The notes: generated by a model not told the origin, from the sequence alone. 64,000 nucleotides of DNA from Nanobdellota archaeon (GCA_030611805.1 JAUWPB010000001.1:24765-88764); one strand, 5' to 3'; shown: positions 29,111 through 39,703, numbered from the stretch's first letter. Numbers and translations: made by a program.

Positions 29111-29213
29111 ACTTTTTTAACAAGAGCTACTTATTTAACAAAGCCAAACACAAGAAAAACCTTAAAAACCTTCTTTTTCTTGGATTAATTAATAAGGAAT
29201 ATTAAAAAATAAA

Positions 29214-29375
29214 ATGGCTAAAATTCCAGAAGCGCAAAACAGATTGTTTAAGAATATTTTTGTCTGCAAAAAATGCCAGAGCAAGATTAGAGCAGACCCT
29301 CAAAAGATTCTCAAAGGCAAAGTGAAATGCAGGAAATGTAAGAAAAAAGCATTTAGACCTTTGAAAAAGAAATAG
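29214..29375 (+). CDS. rpl40e: 50S ribosomal protein eL40; not in ORF track
   Basis: MAKIPEAQNRLF...VCKKC...KCRKC...FRPLKK. Confidence 0.9.
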   Translation: MAKIPEAQNRLFKNIFVCKKCQSKIRADPQKILKGKVKCRKCKKKAFRPLKKK

Positions 29376-29418
29376 TTTTTTAAACAATCCTTTTCAATAA
29401 TTAATAGAAGTGATTAAA

Positions 29419-30891
29419 ATGAATTTAAGTTTTTTTACCCCCTATGTAATTTTTGACCTGGCTCTTTTAATTATATTGCTTGTGTTATTAATTTTGTTTC
29501 TTAAGAGAAATAAATCTAATTTAAAACAAGAAGGAATTTTCTATTTGTATAAAACCAGCTGGGGCATAAAACTTATTAATATAATTGGTAATAAATACAA
29601 AAGAACTCTGAAATTTTTGAGTTATGTTTCTATTGTTTTAGGTTATTTTTTAATGGCAGGAATTTTATATTTAATCGGGAATACTTTTTGGAGTTATCTG
29701 ACAAGACCGGAAATGGTGGAATTGATTAGGGCGCCGCCTTTAGCCCCGCTGATTCCTTATTTTCCTGCAATATTTGGGTTGAGTGATTTTTTCCCTCCAC
29801 TATATGCTGTTTATTTTATTGTAGCTATTTTAATTGTTGCAACTGTCCATGAATTTTCACATGGAATTTTTGCCAAAAGATATGGGGTAAAAATAAAATC
29901 AACTGGTTTTGCTTTTTTAAAATATTTCCCAGTTATTTTGGGAGCATTTGTGGAACAAGATGAAAAAGACATGACAAAAAGAAAAAAATTTGAGCAGATG
30001 TCAATTTTATCTGCAGGGGTTTTTGCAAATGTTTTGATTGGGATTATATTTTTTATCATTTTAATTGGGTATTTTAATTTTGCTTTTACAGCTTCGGGAT
30101 TTGTCCCAAATAGTTATGCTTATTCGCTTGTTGAAATTTCCACAATAACTTTTGTTAATGGTCTTGCTTTGGAAAAACCCTCTTATAATACTTTGATTGC
30201 ATCAGTAGAAAATTTAAAAGAAAATGAAACAGACTTCATTAAAATTAAAACTGATGAGAAAGAATATTTGGCCACAAAAGTTTTTTTAGGAGTTCAAAAT
30301 CAGAGTAAAAACTATATTGCTCTTTATGAAGATGCTCCTGCAATAAATGCAGGGTTAGAGGGATTTATAGTCGGGATAAACAATGTTAAAATAACAGATG
30401 TGGAAAGTTTAAGCAATGAGTTAAATAAATATTCTCCCGGAGAGAAAATTATTGTCAGAACAAGAGATGACGGGCATTTTGAAGAATATGGAATCATCTT
30501 GGGAGAAAATCCTTCTGATAAAAATTTGCCATATATTGGCATATCTTTTGTAAAAGAGCGAAATTTTATTTTAAAAGAAAGTGCTCATTTTTTCACATCA
30601 CTTAAATCTAAGAATTTATATTTTAAAGAGAATACTTATTATCAGGCAAAATTTGGATTTTCTGAATTTGGTTATTATTTGATTTGGTGGATTGTTTTAA
30701 TTAACATTTTAGTTGCTTTATTCAACATGTTGCCGTTGGGAATGCTGGACGGAGGAAGGTTTTTTTATCTGAGTATTTGGAAAATTACCGGCTCTGAAAA
30801 ATTTGCTAAAAAATCTTTTTCATTTTTGACTTATTTAATTTTATTTGGATTTGTAGCACTTATGGTTAAATGGGCTTTGAGCTTTTTTTAA
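29419..30891 (+). CDS. Site-2 protease (M50) with PDZ-like domain
   Basis: HEFSH, GAFVE, NMLPLGMLDGG. Confidence 0.92.
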   Translation: MNLSFFTPYVIFDLALLIILLVLLILFLKRNKSNLKQEGIFYLYKTSWGIKLINIIGNKYKRTLKFLSYVSIVLGYFLMAGILYLIGNTFWSYLTRPEMVELIRAPPLAPLIPYFPAIFGLSDFFPPLYAVYFIVAILIVATVHEFSHGIFAKRYGVKIKSTGFAFLKYFPVILGAFVEQDEKDMTKRKKFEQMSILSAGVFANVLIGIIFFIILIGYFNFAFTASGFVPNSYAYSLVEISTITFVNGLALEKPSYNTLIASVENLKENETDFIKIKTDEKEYLATKVFLGVQNQSKNYIALYEDAPAINAGLEGFIVGINNVKITDVESLSNELNKYSPGEKIIVRTRDDGHFEEYGIILGENPSDKNLPYIGISFVKERNFILKESAHFFTSLKSKNLYFKENTYYQAKFGFSEFGYYLIWWIVLINILVALFNMLPLGMLDGGRFFYLSIWKITGSEKFAKKSFSFLTYLILFGFVALMVKWALSFF

Positions 30892-30955
30892 ATTAGAAAA
30901 AGAAGTAATTTTGACATGGAGCAAACTTTAAAACCCTTCTCTTATTTTTATTTTT

Positions 30956-31951
30956 ATGATACCTGAAAAAATAAAAAAAATTTTAAGTAAACAACATTAT
31001 GAAATTACTGGGGAGCATTCGGCGGTTCAGATTTGCAGATGGACAAAAAAATCTCTCCGAAACGAGGGAGTTTGTTACAAAGAGCAGTTTTATGGAATTA
31101 AAGCTCACTTATGCTGTCAAATGACTCCTGCTGTAATGTGGTGTCCGAATAAATGTGTGCATTGTTGGAGAGCTATTGAGTTAACTATCGGACATGAGTT
31201 AAAAGAAAATATTGACTCTCCTAAAAAAATTATTGATGGATGTATTAAAGCGCAGAGGAAATTATTAATTGGTTTTAAGATTGACAAAAAAAGCAAGAAA
31301 AAGCAATTAAGTAAAGCAGACCAGAAAAAATATGAAGAAGCTCAGGAACCAATGCAGTTTGCGATTTCATTATCTGGTGAGCCGACAATCTATCCTTTAA
31401 TTGGAGATTTAATTGCAGAGCTTAGAAAGAGAGGTAAAACAAGTTTTCTTGTGACAAACGGGCTTTATCCAGAGAAGATAAAAGAAATTGCTGAAAAAAA
31501 TCAGCTTCCTACTCATCTTTATGTTTCTGTTAATACTTCAAATAAAAAACTTTATGATAAATTTCACAGGAGTTCTAAGGAAGATGCTTGGGAAAAGTTG
31601 AATGAAACTTTGGGATTAATGGGAAATCTCAAATGCAGGACTGTTTTTAGAATGAATCTTGTTAGGGATTTGAATATGAATGATGAGCATGTTAAAGAAT
31701 ATGCAGAGTTGATTAAAAAATCTTCGCCAATGTTTATTGAGATAAAAGGATTTATGAGTGTTGGTTTTGCAAGGCAGAGATTGGGTTATGATAGAATGCC
31801 TACGCATGAAGAGATGCGAGAGTTTTCTGAAAAGTTAGTTGGAGAATTAAAAAAACAAGGATATAAAATTCTTGATGAGAAAATTGAAAGCAGGGTTTTG
31901 GTTTTGGGTAAGGATAAAAAAGAGTTGAAAATTAAAGAAGGGGAGATTTAA
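30956..31951 (+). CDS. taw1: 4-demethylwyosine synthase Taw1/TYW1 (radical SAM)
   Basis: CYKEQFYGI, CPNKCVHCWR, ISLSGEPT, IEIKG. Confidence 0.93.
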   Translation: MIPEKIKKILSKQHYEITGEHSAVQICRWTKKSLRNEGVCYKEQFYGIKAHLCCQMTPAVMWCPNKCVHCWRAIELTIGHELKENIDSPKKIIDGCIKAQRKLLIGFKIDKKSKKKQLSKADQKKYEEAQEPMQFAISLSGEPTIYPLIGDLIAELRKRGKTSFLVTNGLYPEKIKEIAEKNQLPTHLYVSVNTSNKKLYDKFHRSSKEDAWEKLNETLGLMGNLKCRTVFRMNLVRDLNMNDEHVKEYAELIKKSSPMFIEIKGFMSVGFARQRLGYDRMPTHEEMREFSEKLVGELKKQGYKILDEKIESRVLVLGKDKKELKIKEGEI

Positions 31952-32003
31952 TATTCTTGGCATAGTAATTGAAATTCTCTAAAACCCAGTATCATGAATA
32001 TCG

Positions 32004-32291
32004 CTATGCCAACAAAATTCCTTCTTCTTTAGATTTACTTCCCAAATCTTCTGCAGATTTCAATTTGCCGAAATAACCAATATCTTGTAAATCTTTTCTG
32101 TATTTTTGCTCCATTTCTCTAACGCAATCTATAGAATCTTTTAATCCAATTCCTAAATTTAATCTTGCGTTTTTCATTAATTCTACTTTATTAGGAATTG
32201 CTCTTTCTTTTAAATATTCAGTTTCAACAAAATCATAAAGTAAATCTGCTCCTGCTTCTATATCTTCTTGCATAGTTTTTTCGGATAACAT
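32004..32291 (-). CDS. Hypothetical protein
   Basis: 95-aa ORF. Confidence 0.5.
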   Translation of the reverse strand: MLSEKTMQEDIEAGADLLYDFVETEYLKERAIPNKVELMKNARLNLGIGLKDSIDCVREMEQKYRKDLQDIGYFGKLKSAEDLGSKSKEEGILLA

Positions 32292-32390
32292 TTTCTAATC
32301 TAATAAAGTTTATTTTTAAATATTTATGTAAAATTGGGAAAAACCATTTCTCTCCTAAACATATTTAAATTAGATACATCATATTATAAT

Positions 32391-32723
32391 ATGGCTCCAA
32401 CATATGCTCGACCTAAAACTGTTCCTTTGACTAAAGAAGAAATTAAAGGCAAGTATGAAGAGATTAAAGAAGAACTGCAAGAAGTTTTGGACTGGCAAAA
32501 AGAAGAGGAAAGTAAAATTAATAATCTGGAGTTTTCGCCTCAAAAAAGAGGGGCGGCAAAAAGAGCTTTGAAAAAAGCTGCGTGGAGGATTGATACTGTT
32601 CAGGGCCAAATAATTTATTGGAGTTGTAGATTAAAAGGCGAGAGTCATTTTAAAGCAAATATTGAGAAGAATGAATATTGGGCGAAGTGTAAGGAGAAAA
32701 AGATTGAAATTAACCTAAGGTAA
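32391..32723 (+). CDS. Hypothetical protein
   Basis: Start moved to MAPTYARP, downstream of TTTAAA box. Confidence 0.55.
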   Translation: MAPTYARPKTVPLTKEEIKGKYEEIKEELQEVLDWQKEEESKINNLEFSPQKRGAAKRALKKAAWRIDTVQGQIIYWSCRLKGESHFKANIEKNEYWAKCKEKKIEINLR

Positions 32724-33037
32724 ATTGCTTATTGGAAGTTTAAGTAGAAAAAAATTATAAATTTCTATTGGTACCTTGCTTATTTCTGAGTCCTTTTCAG
32801 AAGAAGGTGGCACCTCCCCATTATGTAAAATACATTCTTCTAATTGGTTCTTTCTCAATTTTTCTCTTACTAAATCAACACATTCTGGCCAAAAATCTTT
32901 TGCACTTCTTGGGGTAGGAGTACTACCAGAATAAATAAATTTCCCATTAAGCTCTAATAGATACCATGACCTGTTCCATTGCCATAAGTATAAACATACA
33001 AATCCAAATGGTCTTTTTCTGAATTTTCTTCTCCCAT
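32716..33037 (-). pseudogene. Frameshifted orphan ORF behind conserved gene
   Basis: ATG 1 nt after upstream stop; frame stops near 32955, another frame stays open to about 32716. Confidence 0.35.
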
Positions 33038-33038
33038 T

Positions 33039-33389
33039 TTACAAATCAATAACCCCTTCTTTTGTTAATGCTGCAAACCTGATTCCAACTGGGAGATTAA
33101 TTAAAGAAGAAATTAAAGCCATGTGTTGTTTGCCGTCGCCAGATGCAAGACTTAATGCAACTTCTGTTCCGTTAAATTTTCCTTTAAGTTTTATTGAAAA
33201 TTCATCTTTTAATTCTTTTAATTTTTTGTCTAAATCAACTTTGATAAATTCAAATTCTTTTTCATGCTTGAAACTTTCTGCAAAATCTCCTCCAAGAAGA
33301 ATCACTTTATCCCATTCTCCGTGTTTCATTAATCCAGAGACCTGTGCCCAGGTTCCTTTTCCTGTTGAGAGTAGTGCTACTAATTCCAT
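33039..33389 (-). CDS. Conserved hypothetical protein
   Basis: LSTGKGTW...SLASGDGKQHMA, CARF/Rossmann-like pattern. Confidence 0.7.
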   Translation of the reverse strand: MELVALLSTGKGTWAQVSGLMKHGEWDKVILLGGDFAESFKHEKEFEFIKVDLDKKLKELKDEFSIKLKGKFNGTEVALSLASGDGKQHMALISSLINLPVGIRFAALTKEGVIDL

Positions 33390-33536
33390 ATCGGGATAAA
33401 ATTAATTTTGTTTTTAAGGATTATTGTGGTAAGAAAGTTTTATAAATGATTAATTTTTTGTAATCTTACCGTAGAACTACATCGTTGCAGAATAGTTTCT
33501 AGGTCTGTAGCGCATAATGTAGGAGGCATTAATAGA

Positions 33537-34169
33537 ATGACTGAACTTAAAGAACAATTGAAAGAAGCCTTATCTGAATTAAGAAAAGGCAAAGAAAGAA
33601 AATTTGACCAGACTGTAGACTTAATTGTGAATCTTCAAAAATTTGAGATTAAAAAAAGTCAAGTTAATTTATTTGTGAGTGTTCCGCATAAAATTAAGGA
33701 TAAAAAAATAGCAGGATTTTTAGAGTCAAAAAATAAAGATGTTGAGACAATTACTAAAGAAGAATTTAAAAAATATTCTGATAAAAAAGAGTCGAAAAAA
33801 CTTGTCAAAAAGTTTGATTTTTTTATTGCTCAGGCGAGTTTGATGCCAAAAGTTGCTACGACTTTTGGGAGGGTTTTAGGACCGGTTGGAAAAATGCCTT
33901 CTCCTCAATTAGGAATTTTATTTGATGTGAATGAAAAAGCAATAAAAGAATTAAAACAAAAAATAAACAATAGTGTAAAAATTAAAGCTAAAGAATCCAG
34001 TATAAAACTTGCGGTCGGAAAACAGAGCATGAAAGATGAAGACATTATAGAAAATATTCTTACTATTTATGATTCTATTTTAAAAGCATTGCCAAAAGAG
34101 AAAGACAATATAAAAAACATTGAAGTAAAATTCACAATGACTAAACCGGAGAAGATAGGAGTAAGATAA
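33537..34169 (+). CDS. rpl1: 50S ribosomal protein uL1
   Basis: RKFDQTVDL, GRVLGPVGKMP, KFTM. Confidence 0.96.
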   Translation: MTELKEQLKEALSELRKGKERKFDQTVDLIVNLQKFEIKKSQVNLFVSVPHKIKDKKIAGFLESKNKDVETITKEEFKKYSDKKESKKLVKKFDFFIAQASLMPKVATTFGRVLGPVGKMPSPQLGILFDVNEKAIKELKQKINNSVKIKAKESSIKLAVGKQSMKDEDIIENILTIYDSILKALPKEKDNIKNIEVKFTMTKPEKIGVR

Positions 34170-34170
34170 G

Positions 34171-34416
34171 ATGGAACAAGATCTACGGATTCATTTGGGG
34201 TATATGGATGCTTATCTAAATAATATTGGAGGTCTTGAATATACAAAGGATAATCAAAAAATGGCAAATGATTTAATTAAAAAATATTGTGCAGAAAGAG
34301 ATGGGCTTAAGGGAAGAATAAATTCAGAATTAATTGTACAAATGGATATTCAAATGCATGAGGCAATGGGGGAATGGAACAAAATGCCTGTCTCATTAGG
34401 AGGGCGTTATCGCTAA
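34171..34416 (+). CDS. Orphan ORF between rpl1 and rpl10
   Basis: 81 aa, starts 1 nt after rpl1 stop. Confidence 0.55.
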   Translation: MEQDLRIHLGYMDAYLNNIGGLEYTKDNQKMANDLIKKYCAERDGLKGRINSELIVQMDIQMHEAMGEWNKMPVSLGGRYR

Positions 34417-34421
34417 TTAAA

Positions 34422-35360
34422 ATGAAACGAGAAACTCCGATACCAAAGTATAAATTAGATACAGTTAAAGAATTAGCAGAGCTTGTGAAAAATAAAAAAA
34501 CCATCCTGATTGCATCTATAAAAGACCTTCCAGCTTCGCAGTTTCAGGAAATTGGAAAAAAATTAAGAGGCAAGGCAATAGTTAAAGTTCCTAAAAAGAA
34601 TTTAATATTCAGAGCATTAGATTCTTCAGAGAATGAGGCAGTTAAAAAACTCAAAGAGCATGTTAAAGAGAGTGTTGCGATTTTGTTTTCAGATTTGGAT
34701 TGTTTTGAGCTTGCCGGAGAATTAATCAGAAGCAAAAGTCCTGCTAAAGCAAAAGCCGGGCAGGAAGCTCCGGAAGATATTGAAATTCAGGCAGGTCCAA
34801 CTGATTTAGTTCCTGGTCCGGCAATAAGTGAACTTGGAGCCCTTGGAATCCAGATTCAAATAGAAAAAGGCAAGATTCATATTAAAAATCCAAAAGTTAT
34901 TGCCAAAAAAGGTGAGAAAATTTCCGCAGGTGCAGCAAACATTATGAATAAATTAGACATAAAACCTTTTTCAATTGGGTTTGTTCCTTTGTCGGCATTT
35001 GATGTTAAAGAAGGAAAATTATATTTAGACATCAAGATAGACAGGGAGAAAACTTTAGAAGAGTTGAAAACAAGTTTTGGGAAGGCATTGGCTCTTGCTG
35101 TTGAAATTGGGTACACAACTAAAGATACAATTAACTTTTTAATTAGCAAGGCAGGAAGTCATGAAAAAGTTTTAGAGAAATTAGAAGATGAAGAAAAAGT
35201 GGAAGAAGTAAAACCAGATGAGAGTGAGGACAAAAAAGAAACAAAACCTGAAGAAAGTGAAGTGAAAAGTAATGAAGAAAAAGAAGAAATTAAAGAAACT
35301 AAAAAAGATGGAGAAGAGGATACTCAACCAGAGAATAAATCTGAGGAGGAAAATAAATAA
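34422..35360 (+). CDS. rpl10: 50S ribosomal protein uL10 (P0)
   Basis: [16 protein letters not shown], acidic tail. Confidence 0.95.
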   Translation: MKRETPIPKYKLDTVKELAELVKNKKTILIASIKDLPASQFQEIGKKLRGKAIVKVPKKNLIFRALDSSENEAVKKLKEHVKESVAILFSDLDCFELAGELIRSKSPAKAKAGQEAPEDIEIQAGPTDLVPGPAISELGALGIQIQIEKGKIHIKNPKVIAKKGEKISAGAANIMNKLDIKPFSIGFVPLSAFDVKEGKLYLDIKIDREKTLEELKTSFGKALALAVEIGYTTKDTINFLISKAGSHEKVLEKLEDEEKVEEVKPDESEDKKETKPEESEVKSNEEKEEIKETKKDGEEDTQPENKSEEENK

Positions 35361-35361
35361 A

Positions 35362-35658
35362 ATGGAATACACATACGCAGCACTCTTGTTGCATAAACTT
35401 GAAAAAGAAGTTAATGAAGGAAACATAAAAAGTGTTGTTGCAGCTGCTGGTGCAGAAGTTGATGAATCAAAAGTCAAATCTCTTGTTGCCAGTTTAAAGG
35501 GCGTTGATATAGCAAAAGAATTAGAAAGTGCTAGTTTGGTTGCTGCTGCTCCTGCTGGAGGTGCTTCTGAAGCCCCTGCAGAAAAAAAGGAAGAAGCAAA
35601 ACCAAAAGAAGAAAAGAAAGAAGCTGCAGCAGAAGGACTTAGTGCACTATTTGGATAA
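35362..35658 (+). CDS. rpl12: Stalk protein P1/L12
   Basis: [11 protein letters not shown]...GLSALFG. Confidence 0.96.
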   Translation: MEYTYAALLLHKLEKEVNEGNIKSVVAAAGAEVDESKVKSLVASLKGVDIAKELESASLVAAAPAGGASEAPAEKKEEAKPKEEKKEAAAEGLSALFG

Positions 35659-35784
35659 TTATTAAATTTTTAATGTGCTAAGTCTTAACTTTTTCTAGAT
35701 GTGGCTGGAGATAGTTTTAAAAATGTTTAATTTCTAAAAATATAAGAGGTGTGGTGCCTCAGAGCCTAATTCTGGGAAATTAAA

Positions 35785-36471
35785 ATGAAAAATCCATCAA
35801 TCATTTATCCTTTATGGGACGAAAGAGCTAAACCCGGGAGAGATGCAACTAGAATTATTGGAGAATCTACAGGATTGGGAAACATAGTTAGAGGAATAAA
35901 GTTAAGAAAAACCTTGCTTTACTTTGTTTTGGGGAAAGAGAAAAATATTTCTGAAGATTTTTTGAGGGAATTTAAAAAAAGTTCTTCTCAGGAATTATGT
36001 TTAGAAGGATATTCTCTAAAAAAGAATGCAAGAGTATTTAGGAACGCTTTTCTTAAGGAAAAAGGGCGAAGAATATATAGAGATGCCCCATATCAATTTA
36101 TACTAAAAAAAGACAAAAAATTTATTTCTAATATTGGTTTTATTCCCTTTAGAAAATTTATTTTGATCCAACAAATACAAGGAGTATATAAGAGTAAAAA
36201 AGCATTGGCTCCAATTAAGTGGAGTAAAATGTTAGTGAGAATTGTGACAAACTGGGCAGAAGAGTTTGGTATAGAAAATGTATGCATCCTTCCCTCCTCA
36301 AGAAATAGATGGGATAGAGTTAATGGGCAGACTGAACGTAGGAAATTAATTTATGATGTGACTGCAAAAAGAGAGGGTTTTAGATACGATCCGAGATTAA
36401 AAGTATATGTAAAGAATCTTCAACAAACTTCAGTTGATAATTATGGCCTCCAAGCACTTATTAAAAAATAA
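35785..36471 (+). CDS. Hypothetical protein, VirK/DUF535-like C-terminus
   Basis: IQQIQG...YD..AKREGF pattern; family is inference. Confidence 0.45.
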   Translation: MKNPSIIYPLWDERAKPGRDATRIIGESTGLGNIVRGIKLRKTLLYFVLGKEKNISEDFLREFKKSSSQELCLEGYSLKKNARVFRNAFLKEKGRRIYRDAPYQFILKKDKKFISNIGFIPFRKFILIQQIQGVYKSKKALAPIKWSKMLVRIVTNWAEEFGIENVCILPSSRNRWDRVNGQTERRKLIYDVTAKREGFRYDPRLKVYVKNLQQTSVDNYGLQALIKK

Positions 36472-36517
36472 TTCCAAAAATTTATAACCCTCAAACTTTT
36501 TCTCTCCACATCTTAAA

Positions 36518-38443
36518 ATGTGGTCTCTTTATCAAAACAACAAATTCCTTGAACCATTAAAATTTTCTAATGGAAAATCTCAGGCAGATATTGTTGGAGA
36601 AGTTTTAGATGCCATAAAAGAAGGACACAAAATTATTTTTATTCATGGAATTTGCGGGACTGGTAAAAGTTGCGTGGCTTTGAACATCGCAAGAAAACTT
36701 GGAAAGACCTCAATTGTTGTTCCGGGGAAAAATCTTCAAAACCAGTACAAAAAAGATTATGAAGAGGATAAATATATTTTAAAAGATAACAAAGAAAAAT
36801 TAAAAATCAGCGTCATAACCGGAAGAAATAATCACAAGTGCAGATTTTTAGAAGAGAATAAAAATGCCATCCCAAAAATAATGAAAGAAGTTGATTCAAA
36901 GCTTCATGATATTTTTTCAGGAAGAAGAGAAGAAATAAAAGAAAAAATTGGAGATGATATTTCTGCAGATAATCATAACATCCCCTGTAAAATAGAAATA
37001 AAAGAAAAAAATTTGAGAAAAATTAAACAATATTTAAAGCAAAATAAAAAAGTTAATTTAAATAATTTCACAGATATAAAAGATATTAAAAGAATGTCTA
37101 TTGCTCCTGTATGTCCTTATTGGAGTCCGGTGATTCCAGAAAAATATGAATTAAAGCTTAATGCCAAACAAAGAACTTACACCGGATTAAACAACACAAA
37201 GTTTATTTTTTATCAAAGAAAAGCAGGATGCAAGTTTTATGAACAATTTAATTCTTTTATTGATTCTGATGTGATTGTATTTAATTCTTTAAAATATAAA
37301 TTAGAATCTGCGCTTAATAGAAAACCCTCGACAGAGGTTGAAATAATTGATGAGTGTGATGAGTTTTTGGATAGTTTTGCAAATCAAAGAAACATTAATC
37401 TTGACCGGCTTCAGAATTCATTAATTCATGTTTTAAGTTCTGATGAAAAAGTGGGAGGCACAGTAAAGGAAATCAGTGGTGTATTAAAACAAATAAAAAG
37501 AAATAAGAGGATTAGCAATGCCATTGCATCTCAGGAGATAATCCCTTTAAGAGAAACAGGGATTTATGATTTGTTCAGGATTTTTTTGAATTCTTCAGAG
37601 TTTCTTGATGAAGTTGATGATGAAAGTTATCTCTTTAATATAGAAGAAACAGCGAGGATGTTTGAGGACTTTTTTGATGAAAGTTATCTGACATTTCATA
37701 AAAAGGAGAACAATGTTATAGCAAGTATTGTTACAACAGATTTAGCAAAAAGATTCAAAGAGATGGTTGATAAAAATAAAATTGTTGTTTTAATGTCCGG
37801 GACAATTCATGCAGAGAATGTTTTAAGAGATGTTTTTGGCCTGGATGATTTTAAAGTAATTGAAGCAGAAACACAGCATCAGGGAAAAATTGAAATCCAG
37901 AGAACTGGTTTGGAAATGGATTGCAAGTATTCAAATTTTTCTAATGGAAAATTTACAAGAGAAGACTATCTTAAAGCTTTGAACAAATGTGTTGAAATAG
38001 CAAAAAAACCAGTATTAATTCATATAAATGCCTTTGCTGACTTGCCATCTGAACAAGAACTTGAAGAATTTGAGATTAAGAATTTAATTAGCAGAGAGGA
38101 AATAAGAGAGAACCAAATAAAAGACAAAAAAGGTAGATTGATTGAAGAATTTAAAAAAGGGCAAACAGATGTTCTTTTTTCAACCCGGTGTGCGAGAGGA
38201 ATTGATTTTCCAGGAGAAGAATGCAACAGTATTATTTTTACAAAATATCCAAATCCAAATGTGCAGGATTCTTTTTGGAAAATTTTAGCTAAAACAAAAC
38301 CTCAGCATTACTGGGCTTTTTACAAGGACAAGGCAAAAAGAGAATTGTGGCAAAAAGTTTATCGGGGATTAAGATTTAAAGAAGACCATGTTTATTTATT
38401 AAGTCCTGATTTAAGAGTGCTTGAAAAGTTTGAAAAAATATGA
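36518..38443 (+). CDS. SF2 helicase, DinG/XPD-like
   Basis: GICGTGKS, IIDECD, MSGT, RGIDFPG, QKVYRGLR. Confidence 0.85.
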   Translation: MWSLYQNNKFLEPLKFSNGKSQADIVGEVLDAIKEGHKIIFIHGICGTGKSCVALNIARKLGKTSIVVPGKNLQNQYKKDYEEDKYILKDNKEKLKISVITGRNNHKCRFLEENKNAIPKIMKEVDSKLHDIFSGRREEIKEKIGDDISADNHNIPCKIEIKEKNLRKIKQYLKQNKKVNLNNFTDIKDIKRMSIAPVCPYWSPVIPEKYELKLNAKQRTYTGLNNTKFIFYQRKAGCKFYEQFNSFIDSDVIVFNSLKYKLESALNRKPSTEVEIIDECDEFLDSFANQRNINLDRLQNSLIHVLSSDEKVGGTVKEISGVLKQIKRNKRISNAIASQEIIPLRETGIYDLFRIFLNSSEFLDEVDDESYLFNIEETARMFEDFFDESYLTFHKKENNVIASIVTTDLAKRFKEMVDKNKIVVLMSGTIHAENVLRDVFGLDDFKVIEAETQHQGKIEIQRTGLEMDCKYSNFSNGKFTREDYLKALNKCVEIAKKPVLIHINAFADLPSEQELEEFEIKNLISREEIRENQIKDKKGRLIEEFKKGQTDVLFSTRCARGIDFPGEECNSIIFTKYPNPNVQDSFWKILAKTKPQHYWAFYKDKAKRELWQKVYRGLRFKEDHVYLLSPDLRVLEKFEKI

Positions 38444-38486
38444 GGTTATTGCAAACTTTTTTATAACTACAATTCGATAAAGATAT

Positions 38487-39074
38487 ATGGAATACAAAAA
38501 TAAAAGAATATTAATTATTGGAATTTCGTTGTTTTTATTATTGGTATTCTATCTTTTTAAAAATCTTTCAACAAGCCTTAGAATTCTTTCATTTATCTTT
38601 GGACTTATTATTTTTTACCTTACAGATCATATGTTTGAAATTGACTTTAAATTAAGACACTATTACTACATCATTATAATTTTAGCTTTTGGATTTCTTT
38701 TTTCTCCATTGTATTTTCTTTCTTCTGTTTATGATAAAATTCTTCATTTGATTATGCCAATTTTAGGGTGTCTTTTAATTTTTCATATTGTTGATAAGAA
38801 AAAGTTAAGCATGCAATGGAAATTATTGATCACTTTTATGTTTATTATTTCATTTCTAGCGTTTCAAGAAATTGGAGAATACTTAGTGGATATTCTTTGG
38901 GATTTAAAACTTCAAGGAGTTTATATTAGAGATATTAGAGGGATAGAAAAACTGAATTTGGTGATGACTCAAATAGATGATACTATGATTGATTTAATCC
39001 TTGGCATAATTGGGGCGTTATCTTTTATTGCAGGGAAATCAATTAGTTATTTTTATAAGAAAAAGAGAAATTAA
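38487..39074 (+). CDS. Multi-TM membrane protein
   Basis: YDKILH, EIGEY, DTMIDL motifs in TM segments. Confidence 0.65.
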   Translation: MEYKNKRILIIGISLFLLLVFYLFKNLSTSLRILSFIFGLIIFYLTDHMFEIDFKLRHYYYIIIILAFGFLFSPLYFLSSVYDKILHLIMPILGCLLIFHIVDKKKLSMQWKLLITFMFIISFLAFQEIGEYLVDILWDLKLQGVYIRDIRGIEKLNLVMTQIDDTMIDLILGIIGALSFIAGKSISYFYKKKRN

Positions 39075-39126
39075 ACTTATAAGAGAATCAACATAAATTT
39101 AAAAATAAAAACTTCTTTGGAGAATA

Positions 39127-39606
39127 ATGATAACAACAATACATTTGCTTATTGGAGCGTTAATAGGGAAATCCTTCAAAAGTATATGGTTGATAATTAT
39201 TCTTGCTTTAGTTTCTCATTATATTCTTGATTTTATCCCCCACACTTCTCCACATGAAGTTGAGGGTTATCTTCATGGAGGTCTTAATGGAGTATCTAAT
39301 AGAGATTTAATTCTCAAAAGTATTGAACCGATTTTGGGTTTAATTTTAGTTGGCTATTTTATCTACTTGAATAAAGAGAAGGCATTGCTTATGGCGGTTG
39401 GAGCATTCTTTGCATGGTGCCCAGACTTAATTGTATATTTTGCTTGGTTAGATACACGATGGAATTTGTTAGATAAAATTGTCCCCAGACATGGAAATTT
39501 CCTTTATAATGAAGCCAAATCTTTAATAGTTGGTATCTTAACTCAGGCCATAGTTTTCATTACCACATTAATTTTTTTGATTCTCCCTCGAAAAGGAATA
39601 AACTAA
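39127..39606 (+). CDS. Membrane protein, possible metal-dependent hydrolase
   Basis: TIH, SHYILDFIPH, PD motifs. Confidence 0.6.
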   Translation: MITTIHLLIGALIGKSFKSIWLIIILALVSHYILDFIPHTSPHEVEGYLHGGLNGVSNRDLILKSIEPILGLILVGYFIYLNKEKALLMAVGAFFAWCPDLIVYFAWLDTRWNLLDKIVPRHGNFLYNEAKSLIVGILTQAIVFITTLIFLILPRKGIN

Positions 39607-39703
39607 AACCCAAAACAATCTCTATGAGATAACAAGCTTTTGTATTTCCATAATAAATTTGCTTTATTAGAATTACTATTAAAACCTAAATCTCTGTTTT
39701 CAT

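Larger units (their letters stand above)
20317..29145. mobile_element. 8.8-kb cargo-carrying DDE transposon
   Basis: Perfect 17-bp TIRs GGCTTTGTTAAATAAGT (20317-20333; reverse complement 29129-29145); 9-bp TSD AAACACAAG (20308-20316, 29146-29154); internal transposase. Confidence 0.93.
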
